NCBI GenBank assembly: GCA_905178155.1
Contig: CAJINV010000002.1
Coordinates: forward strand, 6,614,476 to 6,678,475
From: Amoebophrya sp. A120
Taxonomy: Eukaryota; Protista; Dinoflagellata
Length of the DNA stretch: 64,000 bases
Direction: 5' to 3'
The stretch's first letter is position 1; each line of letters starts with the position of its first letter. A model generated the notes under the pieces. It had not been told where the DNA came from. It searched no databases and was given only the letters and a program-made list of their open reading frames with translations. The translations under genes were made by a program, and so were the position numbers. This document shows positions 23,370-34,774 of this stretch, piece after piece.

Positions 23370-26300
23370 ATGTTTCTCGGCACCCCCCTGAAAACCCTGG
23401 ACATTGAGCAGCTGGACGAGCGCGGCGTGTCAAACAAGCAGTTGGCGCTGAAGCAGAACCAGGTGCAGGTCCGCCGTCCGGACGGGAACATCGCGAAAGC
23501 ACGGGGGGTATCAAATGTAAAAATGTCTGGGTCTGGAAGATTGTCAGATTTGTCATGCAGCTTTTCCATGACCCATGAGGTCTGGAATGCAGGACCTAGC
23601 ATGACAGATTCGGCGCGATCTCTCTCATGCCCATCCTGCATGAGAAACTCCCTCCCGACTTGGCCAAAACTGGACGACTTTTGGCAATCATGCAACACAG
23701 ATTTTTGCATGCTTCAGATTTAGCATGACAAGTTGCATTCTTCCAGACCCAGACATTTTTACATTTGATATGGGGAGAATGTGTTCCACGGCGCTTTCAC
23801 GGGTGGTTTCTCCGTATCCACTGCAAAAGTATCGTACTCGTAGTACTAATTGCATTTATGCATTACAAATTTCTTTCTCAAGGCAAATCAGCATTACAAA
23901 CTCAATTTGTAATGCTGGGGCTGGGCTAATTTGTAATGCAATTTATACTAGTACGATGCTTTTGCAGTTCATACTCCGCCGGATACTTCAACACGGTGGA
24001 CACGAAGGACGGCTGGGTCGGCCCGAAGTCCTTCACGTCCAAGCGGGAAAGGCCGGGGGAGCAAAGTAGTGCGAGTGGTACAACTTCTAGAGGGGGTAAA
24101 AATAATTTTCAGCAAAATGTTTCCGATTTCCTAGATGAGGAGGACCTGCAAGCGGGGATTCAGGCCGTGCCGCAGGTCAAGGGAACTACACTTGGCAGTT
24201 CTGCGTCTACTTCTTCGGAACGGACCGGGGATTTCATGCGAAATTTCGTGGTGCCCGACGGAGGTGGCACAAGAAGCGGTGGTGCAGCGTCTTCCAGTGC
24301 AACCGGTGCTCCTGCGCACCAGCAAATTAGCCCTCACGAGGATTTCGCGGTTCTCGCCCGGCTTCGACAGACTGCAAGTTCAGCGACTCAGGTCGACGAT
24401 GAGCACGTTTTGCAGAAGCTGTTAGAGGGCATCGGTTTTTACGATGCGTCGAGTTCTTCTTCTTCTTCTGTGCCGGCGACCCTTGTTCCCGCACGACCGG
24501 AGTACACCCGCCCTGCTTCAAAGCAACAAAAGGACCAGGTGGTCGAAGGTGACGATGTTGACGCTGCTACATCAGTTGCTGCGCCGACCTTTTCGACGTC
24601 CTCAAGCGCGACGAACAAGCGCGGCGCCGCAGCGGTGTTCGGAGGGAAGAAGTTCGGAAGCGGTGCTAGTAGCAGTTCGGTAGTTCTTCCCGGAGGTGCA
24701 AGTTCTAGTAAGAAAGTGCACCTGAACTACGACGATTCTGAGGAAGAAAATTCCGACGAGGAAGATGTAGCGGCTCCGAGGACATCAATGAGCAAACCGC
24801 TCGCGAAGAGCAAGCCCGTGCCGAAAATGAAAGCGGGCGTCAGTGTGAAAGCACAAATCCCGAAGCAAAATCCGATGTTGCCACCGCCGATCTTCGGGGG
24901 GCGGAAGGGAAAGGTGGCAGCGCCTAGAGGTACTAGCAGTCCGGTTGCCGCACAAGCGGAAGACAGTGACGAAGATCATGCTCCTGAGGCAGCACCAAAT
25001 ACTTCTGGCGGCACATCAGCAATAAAACCAGTTCTGCCAGCCAAAGCCCCCAAGCAGGCAATACTCGAGCAGCAGGCGGCGCAGGCAAGACTGGCGAAGA
25101 AGAAAAAGAAGTCGGATTTTGTGCCGTCGGATTCTCGCCTTCTCGACATGTTTCTTAGCCCCAAGTTCGACACCAAGGGTCTAGGGTACAAGGGAGAACT
25201 GCTCTCCGCCAATACAACCGCCATGGCACTGCAGTTGCTGGATGCGAGCGGGGTTTCTGTTTCCCATGCAGGAGGTGGGTCCTTAGCAGATCGCGAAAAT
25301 AAGCAAAGTTCCTCCTCCCGCTTAGCCGTCATTTCCGCCCGGGACTCGCAGTTTGAGACCACGCCCTGGAGCACGAAGAACTCCACAGCGAATATTAAAG
25401 GTAAAAAGGGCGGCGCAACGTCTTCGGCGAAAGGCGATCATCAAAGTGGTAAAAACGCCAAGGGGAAGGTTGGCACAGGCGGGAAGTCTTTACAAGGGAA
25501 AACGGGTAATTGAAACGGGATAGCGACTTTTCCAAAACTTTTACTTTGACTTTTGGCAAAGTCGCTATTTTGATCGTCGGCAATCCATGCTTTGCGAAAA
25601 TTGTTTGGACCGTGCTGCCTGTTGCTGGTAAGTCCGCACTTTGGGAGTGGCAGAGCATGAAAGGGCGGCACCTCTTCGCCGCGGCGTGTGCCCGCCAGCT
25701 GCCTGCCATTTTGATCGACGCCTCCAAGCAGGCTGCGGGAAATGCCACCCGCCGCGCATCGGACGGGCAGCGCCTCCGTGGTCGGTTGTTCGCGATTATT
25801 CGCGAGCGCTGTGGGGCCCTGTGCGCATTTTGTGCACCTTTTGAAGTGGTGCGCGGGCGCTGGCCTTTGGCCTTTCAGTATTCGCCCGGATGTTGATCGC
25901 CGCCTCGCGCTTCGGAAATGCCGGGGCGCGTCGGCCCTCTTCGCCCTGAGCGCCTTTTAAATAAGCAATGGCACTGGCTGCCACTGCCAGGGCCCGAAAC
26001 CGAATGGGCGCGCCGCCCCGCCGCGGTGTCTTGGATGGCACGCCGGCCGCGCGCTGCCTGTCCTACGTACCTTCAGCCCCCTACATTCTGGCCCGCCGCT
26101 TGCCCATTCTTACAAAATAGAGGCTGTCGCGCCCCGGCAGTCTGTTTCCTGCCCGCCTTTCCGCGGTTACGCGACGCGACCGAAGCGCGCGCCAAAGGCG
26201 CCCCCCTTTTGCAACCAACGGGCAGAGGCGGTTCCTCCGCTCGTCTCGCTAGCGGTGGCAGAAGTGTCAAGGGCCTGCGGTCGGGGGGCCACCCCGATGG

Positions 26301-29300
26301 CCGGCGCGTGATATGGGTCTGTGGCGCGCTGTGGTGGCGCCACCTGTCTTTTTCGGTTGCCCGTCTATTCTGCTTCGCCTGCTTGAACGAGAGAAGCAAA
26401 GAGGCAGCATACCATGCGGTCCGACGTCGGACCGCATGGTATGGTGCGCGATGGTGGGCCAGCCTCACGCGCCAGGCCGTCCGTGCGTGCGGCATCGCGT
26501 CGCGATGTGGGGCCGACCTCCCCCGGTTGGGTGGGCTTCCCCGGTGGGGTGTTCTTTGGTTCAGGAAATGGATAACGCAACTCCCCCGGGTGGCCCGCCC
26601 CACAAGCGAGCCGGCGGGCGGGGGCCCCGTGGCCCCTCTGGTATGTTGCCCTCCAGCACGAGCCTGCGTGCCTGGGTGGTTTGCCTTCTCTTGTAGGATG
26701 TACGTCAGCGACCCCGTGGGCCGGCTGTATCTCTGCAGCTTTCCCGACAAGAACCGCCAAAAACGGCCGGGGGCTTGGGGCGTTGGCTCGCGTTTTTTCG
26801 CATGTTGAAGATGGAAAAAACCCAAGCGCGCCCGCCTATTTGGTTTTGTCTTACTTCAATGAATGCAGTCGCCGGTGGGCTCAGTCGGCCGCCGGGGGAA
26901 AGACTGTCTGAAAAAATGACGTAGGGGGGTCGGCAAACGTGGCACCCTTCTCAGGCGCCGGCCGCGTGCGATTCTGGCGCGCGACTTGGGGCGCCCAAAA
27001 GGGCGCCCCAAAAAACCCGCCCGAAGCCAGAACAGCGAAGCCGTATGGCAGGGCCGCGAAACCGGTCGCGAATCGAAAGCGGCCGCCCTTTTGCCGGGTT
27101 CTCAGCGGGGGGGCGCTAGCTTTGCAAAAGGCGCGGGCGCGAAAAATAATAAACAACGCAAAAAAGAAGAAACGCGCCAAGCGCGCGAAGCCAGCCCGCA
27201 TTCTATGGGCCCGCTTTTCCTTCGGTTTTTGGGCGCCCCCCGCGGTGCCCGGGTCGGCCCGATAGCATCGGGGTTGGCTTTCGGGAAGGCGTTTTGGCAA
27301 GTTGCCCAATGTCTGCCATTTTCCCCAACCGGCCGCCATACCGTGCGGCATAACCTTACCCACCCCGGCACGGCGGGCCCAGAAAAAACAAAAAAGTGGC
27401 GTGGGCCAAGGTCGGCGGGCAAAGAAGCGGCGCCGGCCTCATTATCTCCGCCCCGGCGGCTATATTTGGCGCATTGAAGTAGGCGCGCAGCACGCCGCGC
27501 GGCCCGGCCTCGCACGTTCGGGCCGCATGGCGTGGCGCGCTTCGGTGGAGCTGCCCGCGCCTCACGTTTTTGCGTGGCGCCCTTCTTTGGGCGTTAGCTA
27601 GAGGCCGTCCGGCCTGCCCCTTTCTCTTTCATATTCGCCGGCCCCCCGCACTTACATACATACAAAGCGGCGAGACCATGCCGCCGCTCCAGAGTGCTCC
27701 GCCTCGGTCGCGGCGGCCTTGCGCGGCCGGCTTTTCGCGAGTAGAAAGGGCGCCGGCGCAGCAGGGGCGCGCGCGGGGCGCCACTCACATGTTGCCGCGC
27801 CGGCGCGCGCAATAAGTTCGCCCAGGAGGCTCTGTCCCCATTTTCGGGGAGACCGCCTCAGCCATGTAGAAAAGGGGGGGGGCAGCAGGATTCTTCGCAA
27901 GCCTGGCGGATGCGCAAGCCTTCAGGCTTTTCGGCTTTTGAGGGCGCGGCGAAGTCTTCTGCTTGAGTGCCGAAAACTTGCCGAAAACTTTCCCCCGAAC
28001 TTTCCCGAAACTTTCCCGCTTCGGGATCATTTTCGGACTCGAAAACTTTTGGCTGACTTTTCAACTCCCGGTCTGTAACTTTTGGTCGACTTTTCAACGG
28101 GAGAATTTTTCGGGAAGGTTTCGCGGAAGGCTTTCGCCGACTTTTCGGGAAAGTTCGGGGGAAAGTTTTCGGCAAGTTCTCGGCAAAGTTTCCGGCAGAG
28201 TTTTCGGTAGAGGGGCGGAAAAGTTTCGCCGCCCGGCGCCTGCCCTTTGTTCCTGCCCGCCAGCCGGGCCGCCCTCGGGCGGCTGCCTTGCGCCCGAAAA
28301 GAGGCAGGCACAGCCCCCCGGCAGGCACGCCTGCGGTTATTGCGCACGTAGCCAGGCAAGCGGCCGGCCCCGCCCCGGCGGGCGGCCGGCGCTACGTTGT
28401 CGCATGCGCCACCGGGCAGCGGATTCACGCCCCGGGGGCGCCGGTGCGCGTGTAGCTTGCTGCGAACCAAGAGAGGGCGCCCGGGCTTCGGCGGTTGCTA
28501 CCGACCCCCTGAACTTGGTTGGCGCGTTGCGCCGTTCGGGGCGCGTGCGGGGCATGCGCTCCGCGTACTCCACACTTGCGGCGGCCGGCGGGCTCTTGGG
28601 GGCCCGGGCGCCGCTGGGGTTGGCGTCGGTTTGCCCAAACCCATAGACGGAAGGAACACCCGGCCCGGCCGCGCCAGTCCTTCGCCCCCCCCGCCCGCGA
28701 CCGACCTAGACCGGGGCCACAGTGTGCCGGCCGGCAACAGCCGCGCGGGCGTGGCGCCTCCCTGCGCACTGCTGAGCCCGGGCGGGGGAGGCGTGTTATT
28801 GGGGCGCCGAAGCGATTCCGCCGCATCCGCCAGGCGCCAGCCGGCCGGGGCCGGCCTGTCTGGGGGCCTCCCGCCCTCTGATATGGGGGCGCGCCTGCAT
28901 GTTGGGCCCCGCCGGCCTGCCTGCGCGCCTGGAATACCGGGCGGCGCCGCCGCGGGTCTACTTCCTACGTGCCGGCGGCCCGATTGCCACCCGTCGTTCG
29001 TCTCGCCCTTCGCTCGCCCTGCGCCCCACCCTGTGGGCCGGGATTGGGCGATCTGTTTCGTCTCTATCTGGTCAGCCGGGGCCTGTGCGTTTGCTGTTTT
29101 GCTTTTCCGACAAGCATACCGTGCGGTCCGACGTCGGACCGCATGGCACGCTCGACACCGTTTCGGGCGGGGCGAGCCATGTTGGGGCGCCGGGCGATGT
29201 GGTTGGTGCACGGGCGGAACTGCGCCCCTGCGTGCGACGTAGGGGAGGGGACGTCGTGGGGGCTTAGTTACCCTCGGGGCCTGTTTGCTTGCTACGTGTG

Positions 29301-32300
29301 GGGCTGTCGGACGGTAAGCCGCTGCTGCGTGTGCCCAGCGTGCCAAATATAGCCTCCGTGGCGGAGGTGGTGAGGTCGGTGCCGCTGGCTGCCTTGCCCG
29401 CCCGCCGGCCGTTGCCCTGGCCAGCCACTGTGTCTTTTTTCTGGGCCCCCCGTGCCGCTTTTGGTATGGCCATGCCGCGTGGCTTGGCCGTCTTTTGGAA
29501 AGCATGGTAGTTCTTTGCCAAATTTTCAGAACCCCTGTCCGAAAGCTAGCCCTGGCGGTATGGGGCCGATCCGGGCGCCGCGGTGGAGCGCCCTGAAACC
29601 GAAGGCAAACCGGTCCCATGGCATGGGGATTGGCCTCGCGCGCTTGGCGCGCTTTTGCTTTTCTGTGTTTTTTCTTTGCGCGCCGGCACCCTTTGCAAAG
29701 CTTCCGCCGCATAGAAACCGGCGAAAAGGCGGCGGCCGCTTTCGCGGCCGGCCAAATGCTCCGAACGGAGCCCCGGCCCTGTCGTGCGGCTTCGCTTTTC
29801 TGATTTGCCGCGAGTTTTTTGGGGCGCTCTTTTGCGCGCCCCAAATCGCCAGAACCCCACGCGGCCGGCGCCTCAGCGGGGTGCCCCTTTTCTTTGTCGG
29901 CCCTCCTGTGTCGTTAGTATTATCAGCCGGCGACCGATAGAACCCGGCGCCGGCGGTTCGTTGAAGTCAAACAAAGCCCAACAGGCTGGCGCGCTTTGAT
30001 CTTCCTCATGTGGAAAAGCGCGAAACAGCAGCACACACCGCCGGCAGCTTTTGGCCGGTGGTTGCTTTGCATTAAGAAAGCTGCCAGGGTCGGGCCGTTT
30101 CGCGGTGGCGGCCCGCCGGCGGCGGGAGGCGCGGGCGGGCGCCGCGGTTCGCGGTGTTTGTGAGGCTTGGGCGCGCGCGTTTTTTGGCGAGGGCGCGTGC
30201 TGCCCGGTGCCCGGTTGCGTCGGGTTTAGGGTCTGGCGGACCGGCCCCCTTCCCTGCGTCGGTAGCCCTCCTCCTAGTCCGTTCCCGGGTAGGCCTTCCG
30301 GGCCTGGGGGGGGGCGGGTGGGTGCGATGGGCGGTCATGGCCTTTTTCTTTAGGGCGCCCGCGCCGGCAGCCGTTGGCTGGGTGCGGTCGGCGGGTGCCC
30401 GGCGCGCGCACGCTTCGGCGGGTTGAAAGGCGGTCGCTCGGGCTTCGCCGATCACCCGCGGGACAAGAGGAGGCGTCGGCGCCCAAGACCTCGCAGGCGC
30501 CCCTGTTCTGTCGCTTGGAGTATCTTCGCTGCGTTTTTTCGTTCTGAGTCGCATTACCAAATCGTTTTCAATGCCCTGAAATCCTGAAAAGTCAAATGAA
30601 AAGTTTTGGAAAAGTTCGAATCGCCCGCCAATTAGTCGCTTTCCCTTGTAAAGTCTTCCACCCGGCTGCATAGCATTATGGCGGACGATGAAGAGGGGAA
30701 CGACATTTTCGACGAGGACATGAGCAAATACAACACGATTCTGGAGTTGGAGGAAGAGGGTTTGGAGAAGTACGGCCCGTATGGGACGAACACCATGAAA
30801 AAAATCATCACGCGGCACGACGAGGACAATGACAGTGTTTCAAATCAGCAAAAGATCGAGTTCGAGCAGCAGCAACAACTGGAGGATTTGAAAAAAAAGA
30901 AGAAGAGAAATCACAACCTTCCCGGACAGGGAATGAACTTTGTCGACGGGGGATTGTTGGATTTCAAAGTGGAGCTGGACGAGCTGCTTTTGAAGTTCAA
31001 CATCACGACAGTAACGAAAGCGGACATTCCGAAGGACTACGACCCGTACCGAAACCGGAAAAGACTGATGGAGTCCTTCATTGAACACCCGGCGGTGATA
31101 TGCATTGCAAAAGTATCGTACTAGTAGAAATAGCACTACAAATTTTTCCAGAAGGAAAAATGGAATTTGTAATGCTGAATAAGCTAAGGAACCAGATTTG
31201 TCATGCATGACTGCAATTACTACGAGTGCGATGCTTTTGCACAGGATAGGTGACCGCGCTGCGCAAGTACTTCGAGGAGGAGCGACAGAAGCGTTTGAAG
31301 CAGAACGAGACGGAAAATTACAAGCCCGTTCTGGGCGTGATCGAGCGGGAGCAGCTGCTCGGCGGGGGCAGGTCGAAAGATTTGCAGAAGGAACAAGCCA
31401 CAACCGCACAGAAAGGCAAAGGCAAAGAGCTGCAAGGGAACAACAGTACAAATACCGTTGGTGCCATGTGGGGCCAGAATTTAGACGAGCAGCAGGCGGC
31501 GCTGGACAAGATGCGAATGATGTTTGCGACGAGTGGGAACACCGCGAAGTTTGTGTCGACCGGGTCGACGGGGGCACATAATTCTTTGCATCAGGATAAT
31601 TCGCAGCAACCATTGTCCATCATGCAGCCGCAAGCAGCGCTGACGGTGCAACAACAGCAGACGAACACGCTTCTCGCCTCCGAATCGGACCTGATTGAAG
31701 TCGAGCAAGAGGAGATCCGGAAGAACTTCCGGTTCACGCGGTTTTGCTCGATCATGGAAAACCGGGTGAAGTTGGACCCCAAAAAGTACAAGACGATCGG
31801 GCAATTGTTGGAAAAGGAGTACACGAAGCCGGAGATCGAGAAATTCACGCAGGTGTGGCAGCTTTCCGCGACCCGCCGGGGGTTTCGGTTCAAGTACAAC
31901 TTCAAACTGGATAAGGAAGCGCTGAAAAAACTCGGTCTCCGCGACCCCTTCGACTTTAAGACCAACGCCGGGGCGCGCGTGTTTGTGGAAAACCGTCCGG
32001 ACACGGAGAGGCGGAGAATGTTCACGGCTGGCGCCAAAGCCATCGTCGGCGGGGCAGGGAACAGCGTCACCGGAACCGGCGTCGGCGGAAATATGAAAGG
32101 AGGTCCTGGTGCTGGAAAAAAGGGAGGGGGGAAACAAGGGACCGGCGACAAGAACGGCACAGGAAATACTTCTACGGGCGAGCAAAGCCAACAGCCGGAA
32201 CAGGCTAGTAGAAGCCTGATGTCGCTTCTCAGCAGTGCTGGTAGTGCCGATGCTGGAACTACAACTGCCGCGGGGGTTGGTGCAGCTCAAGGTCTTGCTT

Positions 32301-32431
32301 TGGGTGCAGCGGGGTTGAGTAGCCAAGAAGCCATGGCGAATACGATGGTCCAGATGAACGCCCAGATGTTGCAGTTCTTGCAGCAATTCAGCCTGCAGAG
32401 ACCGCCCGAAGAGATTGTGAACCAGATATGA
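23370..32431 (+). CDS. GPATCH1: G-patch domain protein 1 (GPATCH1/TGH-like), join(23370..23508,23776..23814,23979..~25469,~30673..31098,31254..32431)
   Basis: LGTPL, [40 protein letters not shown] and DIFDEDMSKY match GPATCH1. Junctions of the large intron and the 3' end are uncertain. Confidence 0.82.
23509..23770. mobile_element. Introner family C, TSD GGGGG/TGGGG
   Basis: Perfect terminal match tatcaaatgtaaaaatgtctgggtctggaag. Interior similar to the 9014 copy. Confidence 0.92.
23815..23973. mobile_element. Introner family A, TSD CTCCG
   Basis: tatccactgcaaaagtatcgtact ... agtacgatgcttttgcagttcata. Splits the GGFS|AGY motif. Confidence 0.94.
26408..26443. repeat. Perfect 36-bp palindrome
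   Basis: cataccatgcggtccgacgtcggaccgcatggtatg. Second copy with the same 22-bp core at 29122-29143. Confidence 0.9.
26780..30030. repeat. Diverged ~700-bp inverted repeat pair (~26780-27490 and ~29325-30030)
   Basis: Co-linear blocks such as ggctatatttggc/gccaaatatagcc, gcccagaaaaaa/ttttttctgggc, gcgccaagcgcgcga/tcgcgcgcttggcgc and agctttgcaaa/tttgcaaagct. Confidence 0.8.
27968..28230. repeat. Array of degenerate ~12-bp CGAAAACTTTCC-like units forming a ~43-bp inverted repeat (27968-28010 / 28143-28185)
   Basis: tgccgaaaacttgccgaaaactttcccccgaactttcccgaaa and its near-exact reverse complement. Confidence 0.8.
31099..31248. mobile_element. Introner family A, TSD GGTGA
   Basis: Nearly identical to 1097-1269 apart from short indels. 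Removal gives PAVTALRKY. Confidence 0.93.
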
Positions 32432-32756
32432 GTTGTAATGTCCCGAGGACAAGAATATCCTAGGAGCGAGTGAGTCTGAACTACCTAGTACCTACGATAG
32501 CGACAGCCGACAGAATGATAGATGAAAAACTTGTGTATATATTATTCGTCCAGAAGAAAATGAAAATGAATCTACAAGTTAGCATAGCTTAGCTACGAAA
32601 AAAAGCGACAGAACGCAAATTGCGACGGCTCAAACTCATCTGAAAGATGAAAGAAACAGCCAAAGCCACTGGCCCTATGATGCAGTTTTCCAGTGGCTCT
32701 CAGTCCCCCTCCGAGTTGTTTTTGTGTTCATCTCAAGAAGAACAAGAAGAATTTAT

Positions 32757-32915
32757 TCCAACCGATCCAGTTGTCAGGAACTCAACCGGTTTTGTTTTTA
32801 GTTCTTCATCACAGATCCTCGATTTAGTTGCGCAGATCTCCAACCGAGCCAGTTGTCACGAACGCAACCGGTCTTGTTTTTAGTTCTTCATCACAGATCC
32901 TCGATTTAGTTGCGA
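32757..32915. repeat. 82-bp tandem duplication
   Basis: tccaaccga.ccagttgtca.gaac.caaccggt.ttgtttttagttcttcatcacagatcctcgatttagttgcg starts at 32757 and 32839. Confidence 0.85.
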
Positions 32916-33354
32916 ATATTTTTCACACATTCATAAGTCGGGTCTGAGAACTTGTGTTTACACCAAACTTTGTGGTCGTTCTAGTTATCGACGGTGAAGA
33001 TTCGCACTGGTTGTGGTGCAAAGATCCAGCACGAGCTGCAAGATGTGGATGAGGAACTACAGCAGAAACAGAGATCTTTATCAATTGAACAAACACCGAC
33101 GCGCGCCGCTTGTGTTGACGCATTGTCAATGTCAATCTGTATGTGAATCGCGACATGAGGCCAAAGGTGTATATTGAAGCCAAAAAAAGCGGGAGAACTT
33201 TCGACATGATCTAGATAAAAGAAGTTTTAGTAAGGCATGTTACTGATGAGCCAGCAAGAATCACGAAAGAAGAGAGAAGGATTACTGATAAGAAAATTTA
33301 CCTACTAACTGACACGTTGCTGTGATACCCCACAAGCAACTAACTACATTACCT

Positions 33355-34774
33355 ATGGACTTTCTCACTGCTGGCGGTGGAGGTGCTGGCCGGGGAGCTG
33401 AGACGGGGCGAGGAAGCAAGAAAAACGCTAGCCCGGAACGTGAAGAGCGAGCTCAGGCGGGGGCATGGAACTGCGACGTGGGGCCAAGAATTCCGCCGTC
33501 AACTATTGCAACACACTTCGAAAGAACGTATGAAAAATGCAAAAACTTCCCTCCGCATATTGTCGCGAAGCACCTGGATCGCGCAGCTGCGAGGATGACG
33601 GCCGAGGTGGAGCAGGAGCAGAAGCAGGCGCAGACCGAAAAAAGCGACGCGCGGGGCGGCTTCCCTACTTCCGGCGAGCTTCAGGGAGAGCTCCACCGCC
33701 TGCGGGTGCGCAGCCTCGTGCCTCGCGCCAGTCTGGGGGGGCTTGCTCCCTTCGGCGCCCCCCAGCACCCCGATGGCGCTTTTTTTAAAACCGCGGCGGG
33801 CCCGAGGAGTTCCGCGTCGTCCAAGAAGACAGGTAGCAGATTATATTAAGTGCGCGCGTTCTGTTTTCCGTTTTTACTAGCGCCCCGCTCTGCGTGTTTC
33901 TTTGGTTGTGCTCTGTTGTTGTTGTTCGCATGAGCCAAATGTCGCAGATGTTCGGCGACATCATGGCGGAACAATTCAAATTCTGTCTTGTTGTGTGAGA
34001 GTCATTTAAGTGTGTCACTTTTAATTAGGGAGGCTGAAGAAAGCGAAAACCAATGTCACGGTTACAGGTGCTGTTGCTGTGGATGAAGGTCACGTCGGCG
34101 AGGACAAGTCGAAGGCCAAGGGTGAAAAAGGCAAGCCAGACGTGGGCGATGAAAAAAACGCAACGAAAAACGAGAACAACAAGGAGCCGGCAGCCCCGGG
34201 GGTGCCCAGCGAGAACAACCTTCGTCAACCGATGACAACTCGCACATGGGACGAAACGAAATATACCACGTCTGCCGCCGATTTATGGAAAGCCGGAGGG
34301 TCGTTGTCATCTGGACTACCAACCGGGCGGAGGACTCGTTCCTGTAAAAGAGCGCCATCCATCCCCATCCCGGAGGAACAACGATTAGGACCATTCGGTG
34401 GCGCATCGAGCTCGTCAGCAGAGAGTCGAACTCGAAGCGTCAGCCGGTGCCGGGATGCGGCGGGGGCCGCGAGTGGGGCAAGCACATCAAAAAGGAACTT
34501 CTGTATGCGGGACCCCACTACAGGCCGCTTCTTACCCGCGGCGGGGAAAAGCAGCAAGCAGCTCGCAGAAACCTCTAGCAGCTCCGTTCTCCAAAATACG
34601 TCCTCCAAAGTCCGTCCTTCGAAAAAACAGGATGCCTCGGTCCACGACGACGATGAAATCTTGGAAACAGCTCTTCGCCAACCGTCTAGCTCCTCCACCA
34701 GAGGGCGATCGCGATCTCGATCTAGATCTACAAAGAGGAGCGATAACCTTTTGGACAAGAGAGGCGGCCGATAA
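33355..34774 (+). CDS. Hypothetical protein, join(33355..33832,34068..34774)
   Basis: GT-AG intron 33833-34067 joins ORFs 33322 and 34079 in frame. Ser/Arg-rich tail. Confidence 0.55.

Larger units (their letters stand above)
25470..30672. mobile_element. ~5.2 kb GC-rich TIR-bounded non-coding element forming a GPATCH1 intron
   Basis: Left ggaagtctttacaagggaaa..gacttttccaaaacttttactttgactttt (~25482-25554) versus right aaaagtcaaatgaaaagttttggaaaagtt..tttcccttgtaaagtcttcc (~30587-30659). Right end ...tgcata. GPATCH1 motifs on both sides. Confidence 0.7.

Noticed and set aside
23306-23723. Recurring short ORFs with PDPDIFTFD / CIAKVSY / QKYRT peptides as a protein family
   Set aside because: They are translations of the introner TIRs.
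25510-30500. Many long overlapping ORFs on both strands (e.g. 28498-29844, 25918-26808) as a transposase or other genes
   Set aside because: R/A/G/P-rich translations expected from stop-poor GC-rich DNA. No DDE, RT or recombinase motifs seen.
25500-30500. GC-rich structured region as rRNA or ITS
   Set aside because: No universal SSU/LSU/5.8S signature sequences found.
32427-32640. Possible further introner at the GPATCH1 3' end (tatgagttg ... caaactcatc)
   Set aside because: Inverted match is short, with no TSD and no convincing downstream GPATCH1 motif.
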